A DNA stretch of 56,479 nucleotides. Origin: a virus. Its lineage: Duplodnaviria > Caudoviricetes. The notes below the pieces were generated by a model. It searched no databases and was not told the origin of the DNA. It saw only the letters and a list, made by a program, of their open reading frames with translations. Position numbers and translations under genes: made by a program. Location of the stretch: positions 1 through 56,479 of IMG/VR virus record IMGVR_UViG_3300044730_001415; one strand, 5' to 3'. This document shows, in pieces, positions 36,982-47,400 of this stretch. The number at the start of each line of letters is the position of its first letter. Within the stretch, counting starts at the first letter, position 1.

Positions 36982-38084
36982 TGGATATCTTAGTTCTTAG
37001 CGATCAAACATATGCCGCTACAAGCCTGGTTCAGAATGTAAAAAGTATCGAGTGGATAGAGCGTTATCAAGAGCCTGGTGAGTTTACAATAACAACGGAT
37101 GCAACAGACGCAATGCGCAATCAGTTATATTTGGGCGCTTTGATTACGCATTCGGAGACTTTCGATATTATGATGATCGAGAACCATCAGATAGACGAAA
37201 GCGTTAACGAAGATCCGGTATTGACAGTTACGGGTAGAAGTTTGTTTGCTTTTCTTGAGAACAGAATGGCGACCGGAAACAACTTCCCCCAGAAAAATCC
37301 AGTTACCGATGAAATATTTTTGTACGACTTTCCGAAAGACACGACGATTAACAACACAAAGAAGTTGTTAAGCGAGCATATCGGAACCGCAAATACATTC
37401 GGGGCTACAGTAAATGCAATAACCGCAGCAGATACGCTACCAAATGTTGTTGTTACTGCCACTTTTACTGGCTCGGATTCTACTAGAGAAATGGTAGTAA
37501 AGCGAGGCCAGCTATATCGCGAAGTAGCTCGTCTTCTTGAAGAGATGGGGGCAGGTTTAAAAATAATAAGACCGGCGCCCGGCACGTCGGGTAGGTGCAC
37601 TTGGCAGCTACACAAAGGAACAGACGTCAGTTCTTTAGTTATATTTTCAGCTGATTATGGCGATCTTGATAGCACAAAATATTTTTGGTCGATTAAGAAA
37701 AAGAAGAACGCTGCTCTAGTGACGGGTGCCTATACGCAAACGGTTATGCGATCGCTCGGTGGAACTGGCTTTAACATGCGAGTATTATATGTTGACGCCG
37801 GCGATTACGATTTTAAACCGGTATCTCCCAGCGAAATAGACGCCGCGACAAATATACTTATTCGAAGAGGTAATGAAGAACTCGCTAATTATCCTGAAAC
37901 CACCTTACTGGAAACAAAAATAGTCGCAAATACCAGATACACATATCGAAAAGACTACGATATTGGAGATATTGTTTGGGTTCGAGGAAACTATGGAATT
38001 TCCCAAAAAATGCGTGTAGTTGAGTTTGCGGAATTTGAAGATGAGTTTGGTAGAACTGGAATCCCCACGTTAAGGGCCGTTTAA
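36981..38084 (+). CDS. minor tail / baseplate hub protein (ReqiPepy6 Gp37-like)
   Basis: SIEWIERY..PGEF, VTGRSL..FL..R, Y.YRKDYDIGD.V. Confidence 0.75.
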   Translation: MDILVLSDQTYAATSLVQNVKSIEWIERYQEPGEFTITTDATDAMRNQLYLGALITHSETFDIMMIENHQIDESVNEDPVLTVTGRSLFAFLENRMATGNNFPQKNPVTDEIFLYDFPKDTTINNTKKLLSEHIGTANTFGATVNAITAADTLPNVVVTATFTGSDSTREMVVKRGQLYREVARLLEEMGAGLKIIRPAPGTSGRCTWQLHKGTDVSSLVIFSADYGDLDSTKYFWSIKKKKNAALVTGAYTQTVMRSLGGTGFNMRVLYVDAGDYDFKPVSPSEIDAATNILIRRGNEELANYPETTLLETKIVANTRYTYRKDYDIGDIVWVRGNYGISQKMRVVEFAEFEDEFGRTGIPTLRAV

Positions 38085-38095
38085 AAAGGTTAAGT

Positions 38096-38437
38096 ATGTT
38101 TGGACTAGAAAATAGCACTACTGAATTTATGCTGACGTTGATATGCGCATTTTTAGCATCAGGTGGTTTTTGGGCTTATTTGACAAAGCGCCAAGATAGA
38201 AACAGCGACACGACAAAGCTACTTATGGGGTTAGCTCACGATCTTATCTTAACTCGTGGGACGACTTATATGAGTCGAGGATATATAACAAACGAAGAGT
38301 TCAATGATCTCGACGTCTATCTAATTCGCCCATATTTGGGTTTGGGCGGAAATGGAATGGCCGAAAGAATATTGAACGAGATAAAGAAACTACCGATTCA
38401 CGATCCGGATTTTGCACAAGGAGCAAAAAATGACTAA
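38096..38437 (+). CDS. membrane protein of lysis cassette
   Basis: N-terminal TM (AFLASGGFWAYL); Y..LGGNG...I..E..KLP. Confidence 0.6.
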   Translation: MFGLENSTTEFMLTLICAFLASGGFWAYLTKRQDRNSDTTKLLMGLAHDLILTRGTTYMSRGYITNEEFNDLDVYLIRPYLGLGGNGMAERILNEIKKLPIHDPDFAQGAKND

Positions 38438-38771
38438 TGGTTCTCCCATTCTAAAAGATAATGTCTACAACTTCCTCAAGAACTTGGTGCAGATCGTTCT
38501 GCCTGCGGCAGCGACTTTATATTTGTCGATGGCTGGCATTTGGGGTCTTCCTGGTGCAGAACAGGTGGCTGGAAGCATGGCCGCTATCGCAACATTTATC
38601 GGCGTATTGTTACGGATATCCACAAAAGCATACAACGCTTCCGACCTTTCATTCGATGGGAATATGGTTGTTAGCGAGAGCGAGGATGGAGTGACTTTAT
38701 ATTCGCTCGAGCTTAATGGCGATCCGGAAGCGTTGCTCACTAAAAAGTCGGTTAGTTTTAAAGTTAACTGA
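38430..38771 (+). CDS. holin (Dp-1 type)
   Basis: YNFLK.LVQIVLPAAATLY...AGIWGLP..EQV.G...AI.TF.GVLL.IS..AY. Confidence 0.78.
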   Translation: MTNGSPILKDNVYNFLKNLVQIVLPAAATLYLSMAGIWGLPGAEQVAGSMAAIATFIGVLLRISTKAYNASDLSFDGNMVVSESEDGVTLYSLELNGDPEALLTKKSVSFKVN

Positions 38772-38773
38772 CG

Positions 38774-38798
38774 TCGCAATATAAACATGGGCTATAAT
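38774..38798 (+). promoter_or_regulatory. phage promoter motif
   Basis: TCGCAATATAAACATGGGCTATAAT. Confidence 0.78.
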
Positions 38799-38819
38799 GA
38801 CACATAACGAAAGGAATCC

Positions 38820-39071
38820 ATGTTTAACCGACAACAGAACACGAAGATACTGCGGGAGCAAGTATTCGAATCAATGAGGGGCATGACCCCGACCGATCCC
38901 CGTTACGCCGAACTGGCCGAGCTTCTGGTGCTACTTGACAAGAACAAAGTATCACCGGACACGAAGCTGCTCGTCGCGGCGGGGTTGGCCCAGGTCTTGC
39001 TCATCCTGACATTCGAGCACGCCCACCCTGTAATGTCCAAGGCGTTCAATTTCGTCTTGAAGCCGAGATAA
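38820..39071 (+). CDS. cassette small membrane protein
   Basis: AAGGA RBS; VSPDT.LLVAA.LA..LLIL.FEH. Confidence 0.7.
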   Translation: MFNRQQNTKILREQVFESMRGMTPTDPRYAELAELLVLLDKNKVSPDTKLLVAAGLAQVLLILTFEHAHPVMSKAFNFVLKPR

Positions 39072-39079
39072 TTCGTAAG

Positions 39080-39135
39080 TGCAAAACGTAAGCCCCCAGG
39101 CATCCGCAAGATGTTCTGGGGGTTTTACGTTTCGC
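39080..39135 (+). terminator. long hairpin / terminator
   Basis: AAACGTAAG-CCCCCAG-GCATC-CGCAA-GATGT-T-CTGGGGG-TTTTACGTTT; overlaps a degenerate promoter copy at 39132. Confidence 0.65.
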
Positions 39136-39200
39136 ATTTTTAACAAGGGCTATATATTTTTTTCTAAAAAATTCCCCGGGTGAGAATTTTGAAAAAGAGT

Positions 39201-39225
39201 TCGCAAAAAACACATGGGGTATAAT
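39201..39225 (+). promoter_or_regulatory. phage promoter motif
   Basis: TCGCAAAAAACACATGGGGTATAAT. Confidence 0.78.
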
Positions 39226-39259
39226 GAAGTTAAACCCAACCCCAACAAAGGAGCCCCTC

Positions 39260-39382
39260 GTGAAGAGGAATCGTCCATATGAATTCAAGAACTTTCTCGT
39301 CGATGTCATCGGAATGGCATTGACGGGTTGCCTCTGGATCATCTGGGTGGTAATCCGCGAAGCCCAGGCTTGGCGTAAGTAA
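39260..39382 (+). CDS. cassette small membrane protein (40 aa, not in ORF track)
   Basis: AAGGAG RBS; MKRNRPYEFKNFLVDVIGMALTGCLWIIWVVIREAQAWRK. Confidence 0.7.
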   Translation: MKRNRPYEFKNFLVDVIGMALTGCLWIIWVVIREAQAWRK

Positions 39383-39392
39383 CAACTACCCC

Positions 39393-39429
39393 AAAGCCCT
39401 CGGCACTGTAACAAGTGCTAAGGGTTTTT
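39393..39429 (+). terminator. repeated terminator-like hairpin
   Basis: AAAGCCCTCGGCACTGTAACAAGTGCTAAGGGTTTTT. Confidence 0.75.
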
Positions 39430-39432
39430 ACC

Positions 39433-39457
39433 TCGCAAAAATTACACGGCCTATAGT
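39433..39457 (+). promoter_or_regulatory. phage promoter motif (variant)
   Basis: TCGCAAAAATTACACGGCCTATAGT. Confidence 0.7.
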
Positions 39458-39580
39458 GAGAAAAAGACAAGACACGAAGCGTAGGTGAAAGACCTACCTG
39501 TCTGGCGCGGAAGCTAAGCCGCTAATTACGAGTTTTCGTTGGACCGTAAGCCCGAGTTTTCTCACGTCTTATTTTTTTTT
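39456..39580 (+). ncRNA. candidate small structured RNA
   Basis: Promoter, multi-stem fold (GTAGGT/ACCTAC, GCGG/CCGC, TTACG/CGTAA, GTGAGAAAA/TTTTCTCAC), T9 run; no RBS-led ORF. Confidence 0.5.
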
Positions 39581-39604
39581 CGCAAACAAACAACCAGGAG
39601 AATA

Positions 39605-40339
39605 ATGAATGCCCTCGTTGATAACATCAACAAAGTTGAACGGTTAATTAGAAATAACTCTTCGTCCATTCTTACCGCACTTGGTGTGTCCGGTACCATT
39701 AGCACGGCATATTTAACCGGAAAAGCCGCTTATAAAGCGCGAGATGTTATTAAGGAAGAAGAGGTTAAATTAGACCGCAAACTAGATCAAAAAGAAGCAG
39801 TCAAGATTGTCTGGAGATTGTATATTCCGGCTAGTATTTCCGGGGCAGTAACAATAACCTGCATTCTTGGCGCAAACACAATAAGTGCTAAAAGAACAGC
39901 TGCAATCACTGCAGCATATTCTCTTGGCGAAAAAGCATTTACCGAGTACAAAGACAAGGTAGTAGAAACTCTCGGTCAAAAAGAAGAGCAAAAAATAAGA
40001 GACGAAGTTGCCGCAAGTAAAGTCAACTCTCAACCCCCGCCGCAAAGCTTAATTGTTTCTGGTGGGGATGTTTTGTGCTGTGAGATGTGGACGGGGCGAT
40101 ATTTTCAAAGTAATATGGAAGCCCTCCGACAAGCGCAAAACACAATCAATGAAAAACTCATTGGACAAAACGAAGCTACTTTAAGTGACTTCTATTATAT
40201 TTTAGGAATACCGCAAACGTCTTCGTCTGGGTATTCTGGTTGGACATCAACCAAGATGTTGAAACTTTCGTTTTCAACTCAGTTAGCAGATGGTAAGCCC
40301 TGTCTTACCTTTGAGTATAATTACGTTCACACGTTCTAA
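39605..40339 (+). CDS. DUF6353-like protein (N-terminal TM, coiled coil)
   Basis: SSILTALGVSG...TAYL; LSDFY.ILG...GW; paralog of 42392-43246. Confidence 0.65.
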   Translation: MNALVDNINKVERLIRNNSSSILTALGVSGTISTAYLTGKAAYKARDVIKEEEVKLDRKLDQKEAVKIVWRLYIPASISGAVTITCILGANTISAKRTAAITAAYSLGEKAFTEYKDKVVETLGQKEEQKIRDEVAASKVNSQPPPQSLIVSGGDVLCCEMWTGRYFQSNMEALRQAQNTINEKLIGQNEATLSDFYYILGIPQTSSSGYSGWTSTKMLKLSFSTQLADGKPCLTFEYNYVHTF

Positions 40340-40353
40340 CAAAGGAAAAAACC

Positions 40354-40539
40354 ATGGAAGAGATTACAGAAGTTGCCGAGATTGTTGCGCCTATCGTTAC
40401 GACGACCACAACGACCAAGCCGAATGTTATGATTTACGTTGCATCAGCGGTCGTTGGATATTTGGTTGGGAGCGGCGTTGTGTATTTGATTAAGCACAAA
40501 AAGGACCAGAAGGACAATAACCAGAAAATTGAGGGCTGA
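40354..40539 (+). CDS. small membrane protein
   Basis: TM segment VMIYVASAVVGYLVGSGVVYLI. Confidence 0.65.
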   Translation: MEEITEVAEIVAPIVTTTTTTKPNVMIYVASAVVGYLVGSGVVYLIKHKKDQKDNNQKIEG

Positions 40540-40934
40540 TGAATCACTACGAATTCGATAAGGTTTTTGAGCATCAAGTAGACTTGTGTAAAAATACACT
40601 AATAGTCAAAGGTGCTGAGTATTCGCCGGAAGAGCGTTTTTCTAACTTCAGAAAAGCGGCAGCCTTTCAAAACACAACCATAAAAAAGGCTCTCGGCGGC
40701 ATGCTAGCCAAGCACATCGTGTCAATTTACGACATGATTGACGATGAATCGGCCGACTATCCGATTGATATTTGGGAAGAAAAAATAGGAGATGCCCTTA
40801 ACTACCTATTTTTATTAAAGGGTATCGTCATCGAAGAGTATGGACAAGTGCAGCCAATGCCGCCGGCTAATGAGTATGCGTGGCCTGAGTTTGCACCCGT
40901 AAAAGAAAACTACAAAAAGGAAAAGTATGCTTAA
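40539..40934 (+). CDS. MazG/DUF1599-like nucleotide-modification-associated protein
   Basis: KGAEY...RFSNF...GMLAKH..SI...EKIGDALNYL. Confidence 0.55.
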   Translation: MNHYEFDKVFEHQVDLCKNTLIVKGAEYSPEERFSNFRKAAAFQNTTIKKALGGMLAKHIVSIYDMIDDESADYPIDIWEEKIGDALNYLFLLKGIVIEEYGQVQPMPPANEYAWPEFAPVKENYKKEKYA

Positions 40935-41430
40935 GCGAACAATTCAGTACGAAGATTTTAACGGTAACAACATCATCGAAGATTTCTACTTTAACCTCTC
41001 CAAGTCGGAGTTAATCGAGCTTGAGGTGGAATACGATGGCGGTCTTGGTCAGGCTTTGCAGCGCATCGTTGCCAACAACGACCTCAAAAACCTCATCGCT
41101 GAGATGAAGAAGATTGTTCTTTTGTCTTACGGTAAGAAGTCCGAAGACGGGAAGCGATTCATCAAGACCGAAGAGTTGCGAGCCGAGTTTGCACAAACCC
41201 CGGCGTATGATACTTTGTTCATGGAGCTTGCCACAAACGACAACGCAGCGTCAGCATTCATCCAGGGTATCATCCCTAAGGATATGGGCGACGCAGTCCT
41301 CAAAGCTCAGAACGAACAGATTAAAGCTGTTGCCGTTCAAGCCATTCAAGGTCCAAATCTGATGGTCGATCACGCTGTTGCGCAAGCAGCCGCAACCTTT
41401 GCACCGCCGTCTACGTCTATTGACGTCTGA
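40927..41430 (+). CDS. conserved phage protein
   Basis: I.YEDFNG....EDFYFNLSKSEL...SYG.KSEDGKRFIK. Confidence 0.7.
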   Translation: MLKRTIQYEDFNGNNIIEDFYFNLSKSELIELEVEYDGGLGQALQRIVANNDLKNLIAEMKKIVLLSYGKKSEDGKRFIKTEELRAEFAQTPAYDTLFMELATNDNAASAFIQGIIPKDMGDAVLKAQNEQIKAVAVQAIQGPNLMVDHAVAQAAATFAPPSTSIDV

Positions 41431-41431
41431 C

Positions 41432-41456
41432 TCGCAGTAAAAACACGCTGTATAAT
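41432..41456 (+). promoter_or_regulatory. phage promoter motif (variant)
   Basis: TCGCAGTAAAAACACGCTGTATAAT. Confidence 0.72.
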
Positions 41457-41479
41457 AGACCCCATCGAAAGGAATTTTT

Positions 41480-41737
41480 ATGAGTGTTTTAAATTTAGCC
41501 AAATCAACAACGTCGTTTGTCGTCGGTCTTGGTGCCGACCAAATCGTAAAAAAAGTTATCGATAATAACGTTGTCGCGACCAATACGCTTGGTAAAGTTT
41601 TACTTTACGCCGGTCGTTTCGGTATTAGTACAGCTGTTGCTGCGATCGTTACTCGTGAAGTCGAGAAGCAATTTGATGAGGTGGTCGATATCTTTAAAAA
41701 AAGCACACCCAAACCCGAACCTACAGATACTAAATAA
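41480..41737 (+). CDS. small protein with hydrophobic helices
   Basis: AAGGA RBS, downstream of promoter motif. Confidence 0.7.
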   Translation: MSVLNLAKSTTSFVVGLGADQIVKKVIDNNVVATNTLGKVLLYAGRFGISTAVAAIVTREVEKQFDEVVDIFKKSTPKPEPTDTK

Positions 41738-41745
41738 AGGGAGTC

Positions 41746-42384
41746 ATGGAATCATTCCCCAGTAATAGCCACAAATCTAAAGAACAAAAGAAATCAACCG
41801 AGCCAAAAAATATATCCAAAGTTACTACCGGCGAAGTAACATTGAAAAAGCGATCACTAACCGATCGTTTTAAAAATGTATTTTTTGGTGCTGACTTCAA
41901 AGGCGTAGCTCGATATGTGGCAGCAGATGTTATGTTGCCCGCGCTAAAGAATCTTGCGGTTGACACCATAGAGCAAGGCGCAAAAAGAGCTATTTACGGT
42001 GATTCCCCCGGACCATCGAGACGAAGGTTCATGGACCCCACTCGTCCTCGGATATCTTACAACACGCCAGTTGACCGCACCTACAACCCAAGAAGCACAA
42101 TGCTTCCGCATCAACCGCCGTTTAGTAACGCCCCAAGACAGCGGCTTCAGAATTTCCACGACATCATCTTGTCGAGTAAAAATGATGCCGACATTGTTCT
42201 TACTGGCCTAAAAGATATTCTCGATGCGTACGATAGCGTGTCTGTTGCTGATTTGTATGAGCTTATTGGGCAGCCAGCAGCGCATACGGATCATATGTGG
42301 GGTTGGATCGATCTTCCCTACATAAGCGTACGTCAGATTCGAGAAGGTTATATTATTGATTTACCTCCGGCACAACCTCTTTAG
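41746..42384 (+). CDS. conserved phage protein
   Basis: PSNSHKSK...SVADLYELIG......D..WGW..L....VRQ.R.GY.IDLP. Confidence 0.7.
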   Translation: MESFPSNSHKSKEQKKSTEPKNISKVTTGEVTLKKRSLTDRFKNVFFGADFKGVARYVAADVMLPALKNLAVDTIEQGAKRAIYGDSPGPSRRRFMDPTRPRISYNTPVDRTYNPRSTMLPHQPPFSNAPRQRLQNFHDIILSSKNDADIVLTGLKDILDAYDSVSVADLYELIGQPAAHTDHMWGWIDLPYISVRQIREGYIIDLPPAQPL

Positions 42385-42391
42385 GAGAAAA

Positions 42392-43246
42392 ATGAAACTC
42401 ATTCCAAACTCAGTTACTCAAAATTTTGGGCGTCAGATTCTGATTGCACAAAAGCATGCGCCTACCGCGATGTTTGCTGCCGGCATTGCCGGTTTTGTTG
42501 GAACAGTGGTTCTGGCTTCTCGAGCCACACTTAAGCTTTCTCCGGTATTGGAGGAGATTGAGGACGAGATCCAAGCAGTTAAAACTGATCTCAAAGACAG
42601 TGACGGATACCACAAAGATCTGGCTTACGTGTATGCAAAAGGCACTATGCGTGTCACTAAACTTTATGCACCATCGGTTATTGTTGGCACAACGTCGATC
42701 GGTTTGTTGACTGGCTCACATGTAACCCTGACCAAGCGCAATGGGGCAATTACTGCTGCCTATGCGACTCTTTCAACGGCGTATGATAATTATCGAAACC
42801 GAGTTCGCAGTGAGCTTGGGGAGGAAAAGGAACATGACCTTTATCGTGGTGTTGTTGTTGAAAAGACTGTTGTTGACGGAAAACAGAAGAAGGTTGCTGT
42901 TGTGGATCCAAATACTTGGTCGCCATACGCTCGTTTCTTTGACGAGGGCTCAATACAGTTTAAGAAAAATGCAGAGCTGAACTTACTCTATATTCGTGCT
43001 CAGCAGACTTACTTAAACGATATTCTTCGAGCTCGAGGTCACGTATTCCTGAACGAAGCGTACGACGCATTGGGTCTTGACCGCTCGAAGGAGGGTGCCG
43101 TGGTCGGTTGGATTCTAAGCGAATCTGGAGACAATTTCATCGACTTCGGCCTTTACTCTCACAATAGCGCTCCGTTTATCAACGGTTACGAACCGCGTGT
43201 TCTACTTGACTTTAACGTCGATGGCGTTATATTTGACAAGATTTAG
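42392..43246 (+). CDS. DUF6353-like protein
   Basis: N-terminal TM; SPYARFFDE, GHVFLNEAYDALG, LLDFNVDG. Confidence 0.7.
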   Translation: MKLIPNSVTQNFGRQILIAQKHAPTAMFAAGIAGFVGTVVLASRATLKLSPVLEEIEDEIQAVKTDLKDSDGYHKDLAYVYAKGTMRVTKLYAPSVIVGTTSIGLLTGSHVTLTKRNGAITAAYATLSTAYDNYRNRVRSELGEEKEHDLYRGVVVEKTVVDGKQKKVAVVDPNTWSPYARFFDEGSIQFKKNAELNLLYIRAQQTYLNDILRARGHVFLNEAYDALGLDRSKEGAVVGWILSESGDNFIDFGLYSHNSAPFINGYEPRVLLDFNVDGVIFDKI

Positions 43247-43254
43247 GGGGATGA

Positions 43255-43893
43255 GTGAAAACGCTAAACAAAAATTCTGCCCCTATCTTAGTTGGTCTTC
43301 TGTCTTTTGCGGGTAGAATTGGTTACGAATATGCAAAAACGTTATTTAACGGTTCGGTCGTTGCGGTCATTCCGGCAGAACCAAAAGGTAATGAAATGAA
43401 CAGTGAAACAGAAGACATGGTAATCAATGACGAATCGCTTGATTTGTCTGCGGAAGATCACGAGCACCTAGTGCTGGTTGAGGATGTAAAAGAACATCTA
43501 GTTAACATATTTTCCACGCCATCACAATGGAACGAAGAGCACGAGCTAGCGCATCGAACTTCTGAAAACCCGTATGTGATAACAGTAGACGAATACGTTA
43601 ACAACGATTTTGATTACAAGCAGTCTACTGTCACGTACTACGAAGAAGACGATATTTTATCGGATATAAACGACGTTCCAGTCTACAATTGGCCGTCTCT
43701 GCTCGGCGATTTAAAGTGGGGGCATGGGTCAAACAACAAAGACGTCGTTTATATTCGCAACGAAAAGCATAAAGAAGAGTGGGAAGTACTACTTCATCAT
43801 GGCTCGTACGAGGTTGAGGTGCAAGGACTCCACGAAGAAGATGGTGAACTTAAACACGCTCAAAATCGCGTTCTGAAGTTTAGAGAATACTGA
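43255..43893 (+). CDS. conserved acidic protein
   Basis: PYVIT..EY...TYY.EDD.L.D...VVYIRNE. Confidence 0.65.
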   Translation: MKTLNKNSAPILVGLLSFAGRIGYEYAKTLFNGSVVAVIPAEPKGNEMNSETEDMVINDESLDLSAEDHEHLVLVEDVKEHLVNIFSTPSQWNEEHELAHRTSENPYVITVDEYVNNDFDYKQSTVTYYEEDDILSDINDVPVYNWPSLLGDLKWGHGSNNKDVVYIRNEKHKEEWEVLLHHGSYEVEVQGLHEEDGELKHAQNRVLKFREY

Positions 43894-44426
43894 TGAACGA
43901 CGAGCCGATTGAAGAGGTATATTTCAACTGGCTCTACAATAAAGTTGCTTTTGTTCGGCACCCAACTCCGTCCCTGACGTTCTATTGTTTATTAAGAGAG
44001 CTACATCGCACTGAATTTGTGTGGTTTGTTTCTGGCGATGACAATAGAGCTCAGGACGGGTTGGATGTTCGATACGAATTTTTATCGGGTTCCTTTCTTG
44101 CGAAAGAGTCATATTGGTTAGATATAGGATGTTCGGTTTTTGAAGTGTTTTACGCACTTGCACAAAGAGCGGAATTTCATACCAGTTTGACAAAAAAACA
44201 ATGGTTTTGGATTTTTCTAGAAAACTTAAACCTTGCCGAATTGTCTGACGCAAAAAAAGAAATCAAATATAACGTATCTCATGTTATGGAATCGTTTATC
44301 TGGCGAACTTATGAACCAAACGGCCAAGGGGGCTTGTTTCCACTTAAATACCCGACAGAAGATCAACGAAAAGTAGAGATTTGGTACCAGTTCTTCGCGT
44401 ACCTAAATGAAAATAATATATCGTAA
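43893..44426 (+). CDS. conserved phage protein
   Basis: YFNWL...DDNRA.DGL..R...GQGGLFPL....DQRKVEIWYQ. Confidence 0.7.
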   Translation: MNDEPIEEVYFNWLYNKVAFVRHPTPSLTFYCLLRELHRTEFVWFVSGDDNRAQDGLDVRYEFLSGSFLAKESYWLDIGCSVFEVFYALAQRAEFHTSLTKKQWFWIFLENLNLAELSDAKKEIKYNVSHVMESFIWRTYEPNGQGGLFPLKYPTEDQRKVEIWYQFFAYLNENNIS

Positions 44427-44435
44427 GGAGGGCGC

Positions 44436-47400
44436 TTGGATTTTTATCAAATTAGTTGGACGGAACCAAAAACTGGACCTCCTAAATTATTTCCTGATTG
44501 GGTGGTGGGACGCTCAAAGGACCTGATGGTTCGAGGCAGATCTTTTTACGCCATTTGGGACGAAAAGAAAAGTTTATGGTCGACTGACGAATACGACGTA
44601 CAGCGTTTGGTCGACGAAGAATTACAAGAGTATGCACGCAAAGTACAACAAGAACGTGGCGGCGAACTCCCAATAGCAATGAACTTACGTTCCTTTAACA
44701 CGAAGATTTGGAGTACGTTTCGGGCGTACATGCAAAATATCAGCGATAATAGTCACCCGCTTGATGAGAATTTAACCTTTGCAAATACCGTTACGAAAAA
44801 AAGTGACTACGCAAGTAGAAAGTTACCGTACCCGCTTGAGGAAGGAACTACTAGCGCTTGGGACGAACTTATGGCAGTTTTGTACACCGAGGAAGAGCTG
44901 GCAAAAATTGAGTGGGCCATTGGTGCTGTTGTATCCGGGGACTCAAAAAAGATTCAAAAGTTCTTGGTCTTTTATGGCCCTGCCGGAACGGGTAAGTCAA
45001 CAGTCCTAAACATAATTCAAAATCTCTTTTCGGGCTACGTTTCGACATTTGACGCCAAAGCTCTTGGTAGTAATAACAACAGTTTTGCTACCGAGGTGTT
45101 TCGTAACAACCCACTTGTTGCGATTCAGCATGACGGCGACTTGTCAAAAATCGACGACAACACAAAACTGAACTCAATTATATCTCACGAAGAGATGACC
45201 ATAAACGAAAAGTTTAAACCAAGTTATACAACTAAAATCAATGCTTTTTTATTTATGGGGACCAATCAGCCAGTCAAGATATCTGATGCAAAAAGTGGAA
45301 TTATTAGAAGACTGATAGACGTGCACCCAAGTGGCGTTAAAGTTGAGCCAGAACGCTACAATATACTGATGAAGCAGATTGACTTTGAGCTCGGCGCAAT
45401 TGCCTATAAATGTCTTAAAAAATATCAAGCGATGGGCAAGAACTACTACAACACCTATCGCCCGCTTGAGATGATGCTTCAAACTGACGTGTTTTATAAC
45501 TATGTTGAAGCAAACTTTGACCTGTTCAAGAAGCAAAATGGCGTTTCCTTAAAGCAGGCGTACGAACTATACAAAGAGTATTGCTCAGAGACCGGAATCG
45601 ATCGGCTTCTTCCGCAGTATAAGTTCCGGGAAGAGCTTCGAAACTACTTCGTAAAGTTTCACGACCGAATTGAGAAGGACGGCGTATCAATACGTAGTTA
45701 CTATTCAGAGTTCAAAGACCTAAACCCGCCGACGTCACTCAAACCACACGAATCATATTTGATTGATCTTGGTGAAAATACGTCCGCATTTAATAATGCG
45801 TATGGCTCACAGCCCGCTCAATACGGCAAAGCAAGTGGTGCTCCTGGGCGAAAGTGGAATCAGATATCGACAACTCTTTCAGATATCGATACGTCAAAAC
45901 TGCATTTTGTAAAGATACCAACGAATCATATTGTTATTGATTTTGATTTAGTTGATGAAAATGGAAACAAAGATCTTAATCTAAACTTGCAAGCAGCTTC
46001 GCTTTGGCCGCCGACATATTCGGAAGTTAGTCAGTCCGGACATGGTTTACATTTGCATTATATTTATACTGGAGATGTACAACAGCTGTCGAATGTCTAT
46101 GATGTTGGTATTGAGATCAAAACATTACTCGGTGATAGCTCACTTCGACGAAGACTTACAAAATGCAACAATCTTGGCATTTCTACATTATCCAGCGGCC
46201 TACCAAAGAAGGAAAAAAACGTGATAGATAATCAAAGCATAAAGAGCGAAAAGAATCTGCGAGCGTTAATTGAGCGAAACCTTCGAAAAGAAATTCATCC
46301 GGGCACAAAACCGTCGATAGACTTTATTCAAAAAATACTCGAAGATGCCTACGAAGGCGGGTTAAGTTACGACGTTCGTGATATGCGAGGACGGATACTG
46401 TCTTTTGCAGCGGCAAGTACTAACCAGTCGTCCGCTTGCATAAAGATTGTGCAGCAAATGAAATTCGCAAGCGAAAGCTCCATGGTCGAACCAAGCGATA
46501 TTGATGAAAATCAACCTTTGGTCTTTTATGACGTTGAGGTATATCCTAATTTGTTTGTTGTTTGTTGGAAATACGAAAATGACCCGGTAATCGTGAAGAT
46601 GATAAACCCGTCCCCAGAGCAGATCGAGCCGTTATTTAAACTTCGACTCGTCGGGTTTAACAACCGTAGATACGACAATCATATTTTGTACGGTCGATTT
46701 CTAGGTGAGTCACTTGACGAGCTGTATGCTCGCTCTCAAAAAATAATCTCAACGCCGAACGATGGGTTATTCGGGGAAGCCTACAATTTGTCTTATGCCG
46801 ATATTTACGACTTTAGCTCAAAGAAGCAAGGTCTCAAAAAGTTTGAGATCGAGTTGGATATTCATCACATGGAACTCGACATTCCTTGGGACAAGCCAGT
46901 TTCGGAAGATCTTTGGCCTTTAATCGTAGAGTATTGTAGTAACGACGTTGCGGCCACAGAAGTGGTCTTCAAAGATCGCCATCAAGATTTTGTTGCGAGA
47001 CAGATTCTTGCTGATTTGTCCGGTCTTTCCGTAAACCACACCACGCAGCAGCATACTGCCAAAATTATATTTGGCGAAGAAAAGAACCCGCAACGAAGCT
47101 TCGTGTACACAAATCTTTGGGAGCAATTTGAGGGGTATTTGTTTGACGGTAAGGTTTCATCGTACCGTGGAGAAATTGTTGGCGAAGGAGGTTACGTTTA
47201 TGCGGAACCAGGCATGTATGATAACGTTGCGGTACTAGACGTTGCCAGCATGCATCCTACGTCAATTGAGGTATTAAACTTGTTTGGGCCGTATACCGAA
47301 AGATATTCTGAGCTAAAAGAGGCTCGTCTTGCGATTAAACGCAAAGAATATGACAAGGCTGCGGGTCTTCTTAACGGAAAGCTTGCTAAATATCTGAATG

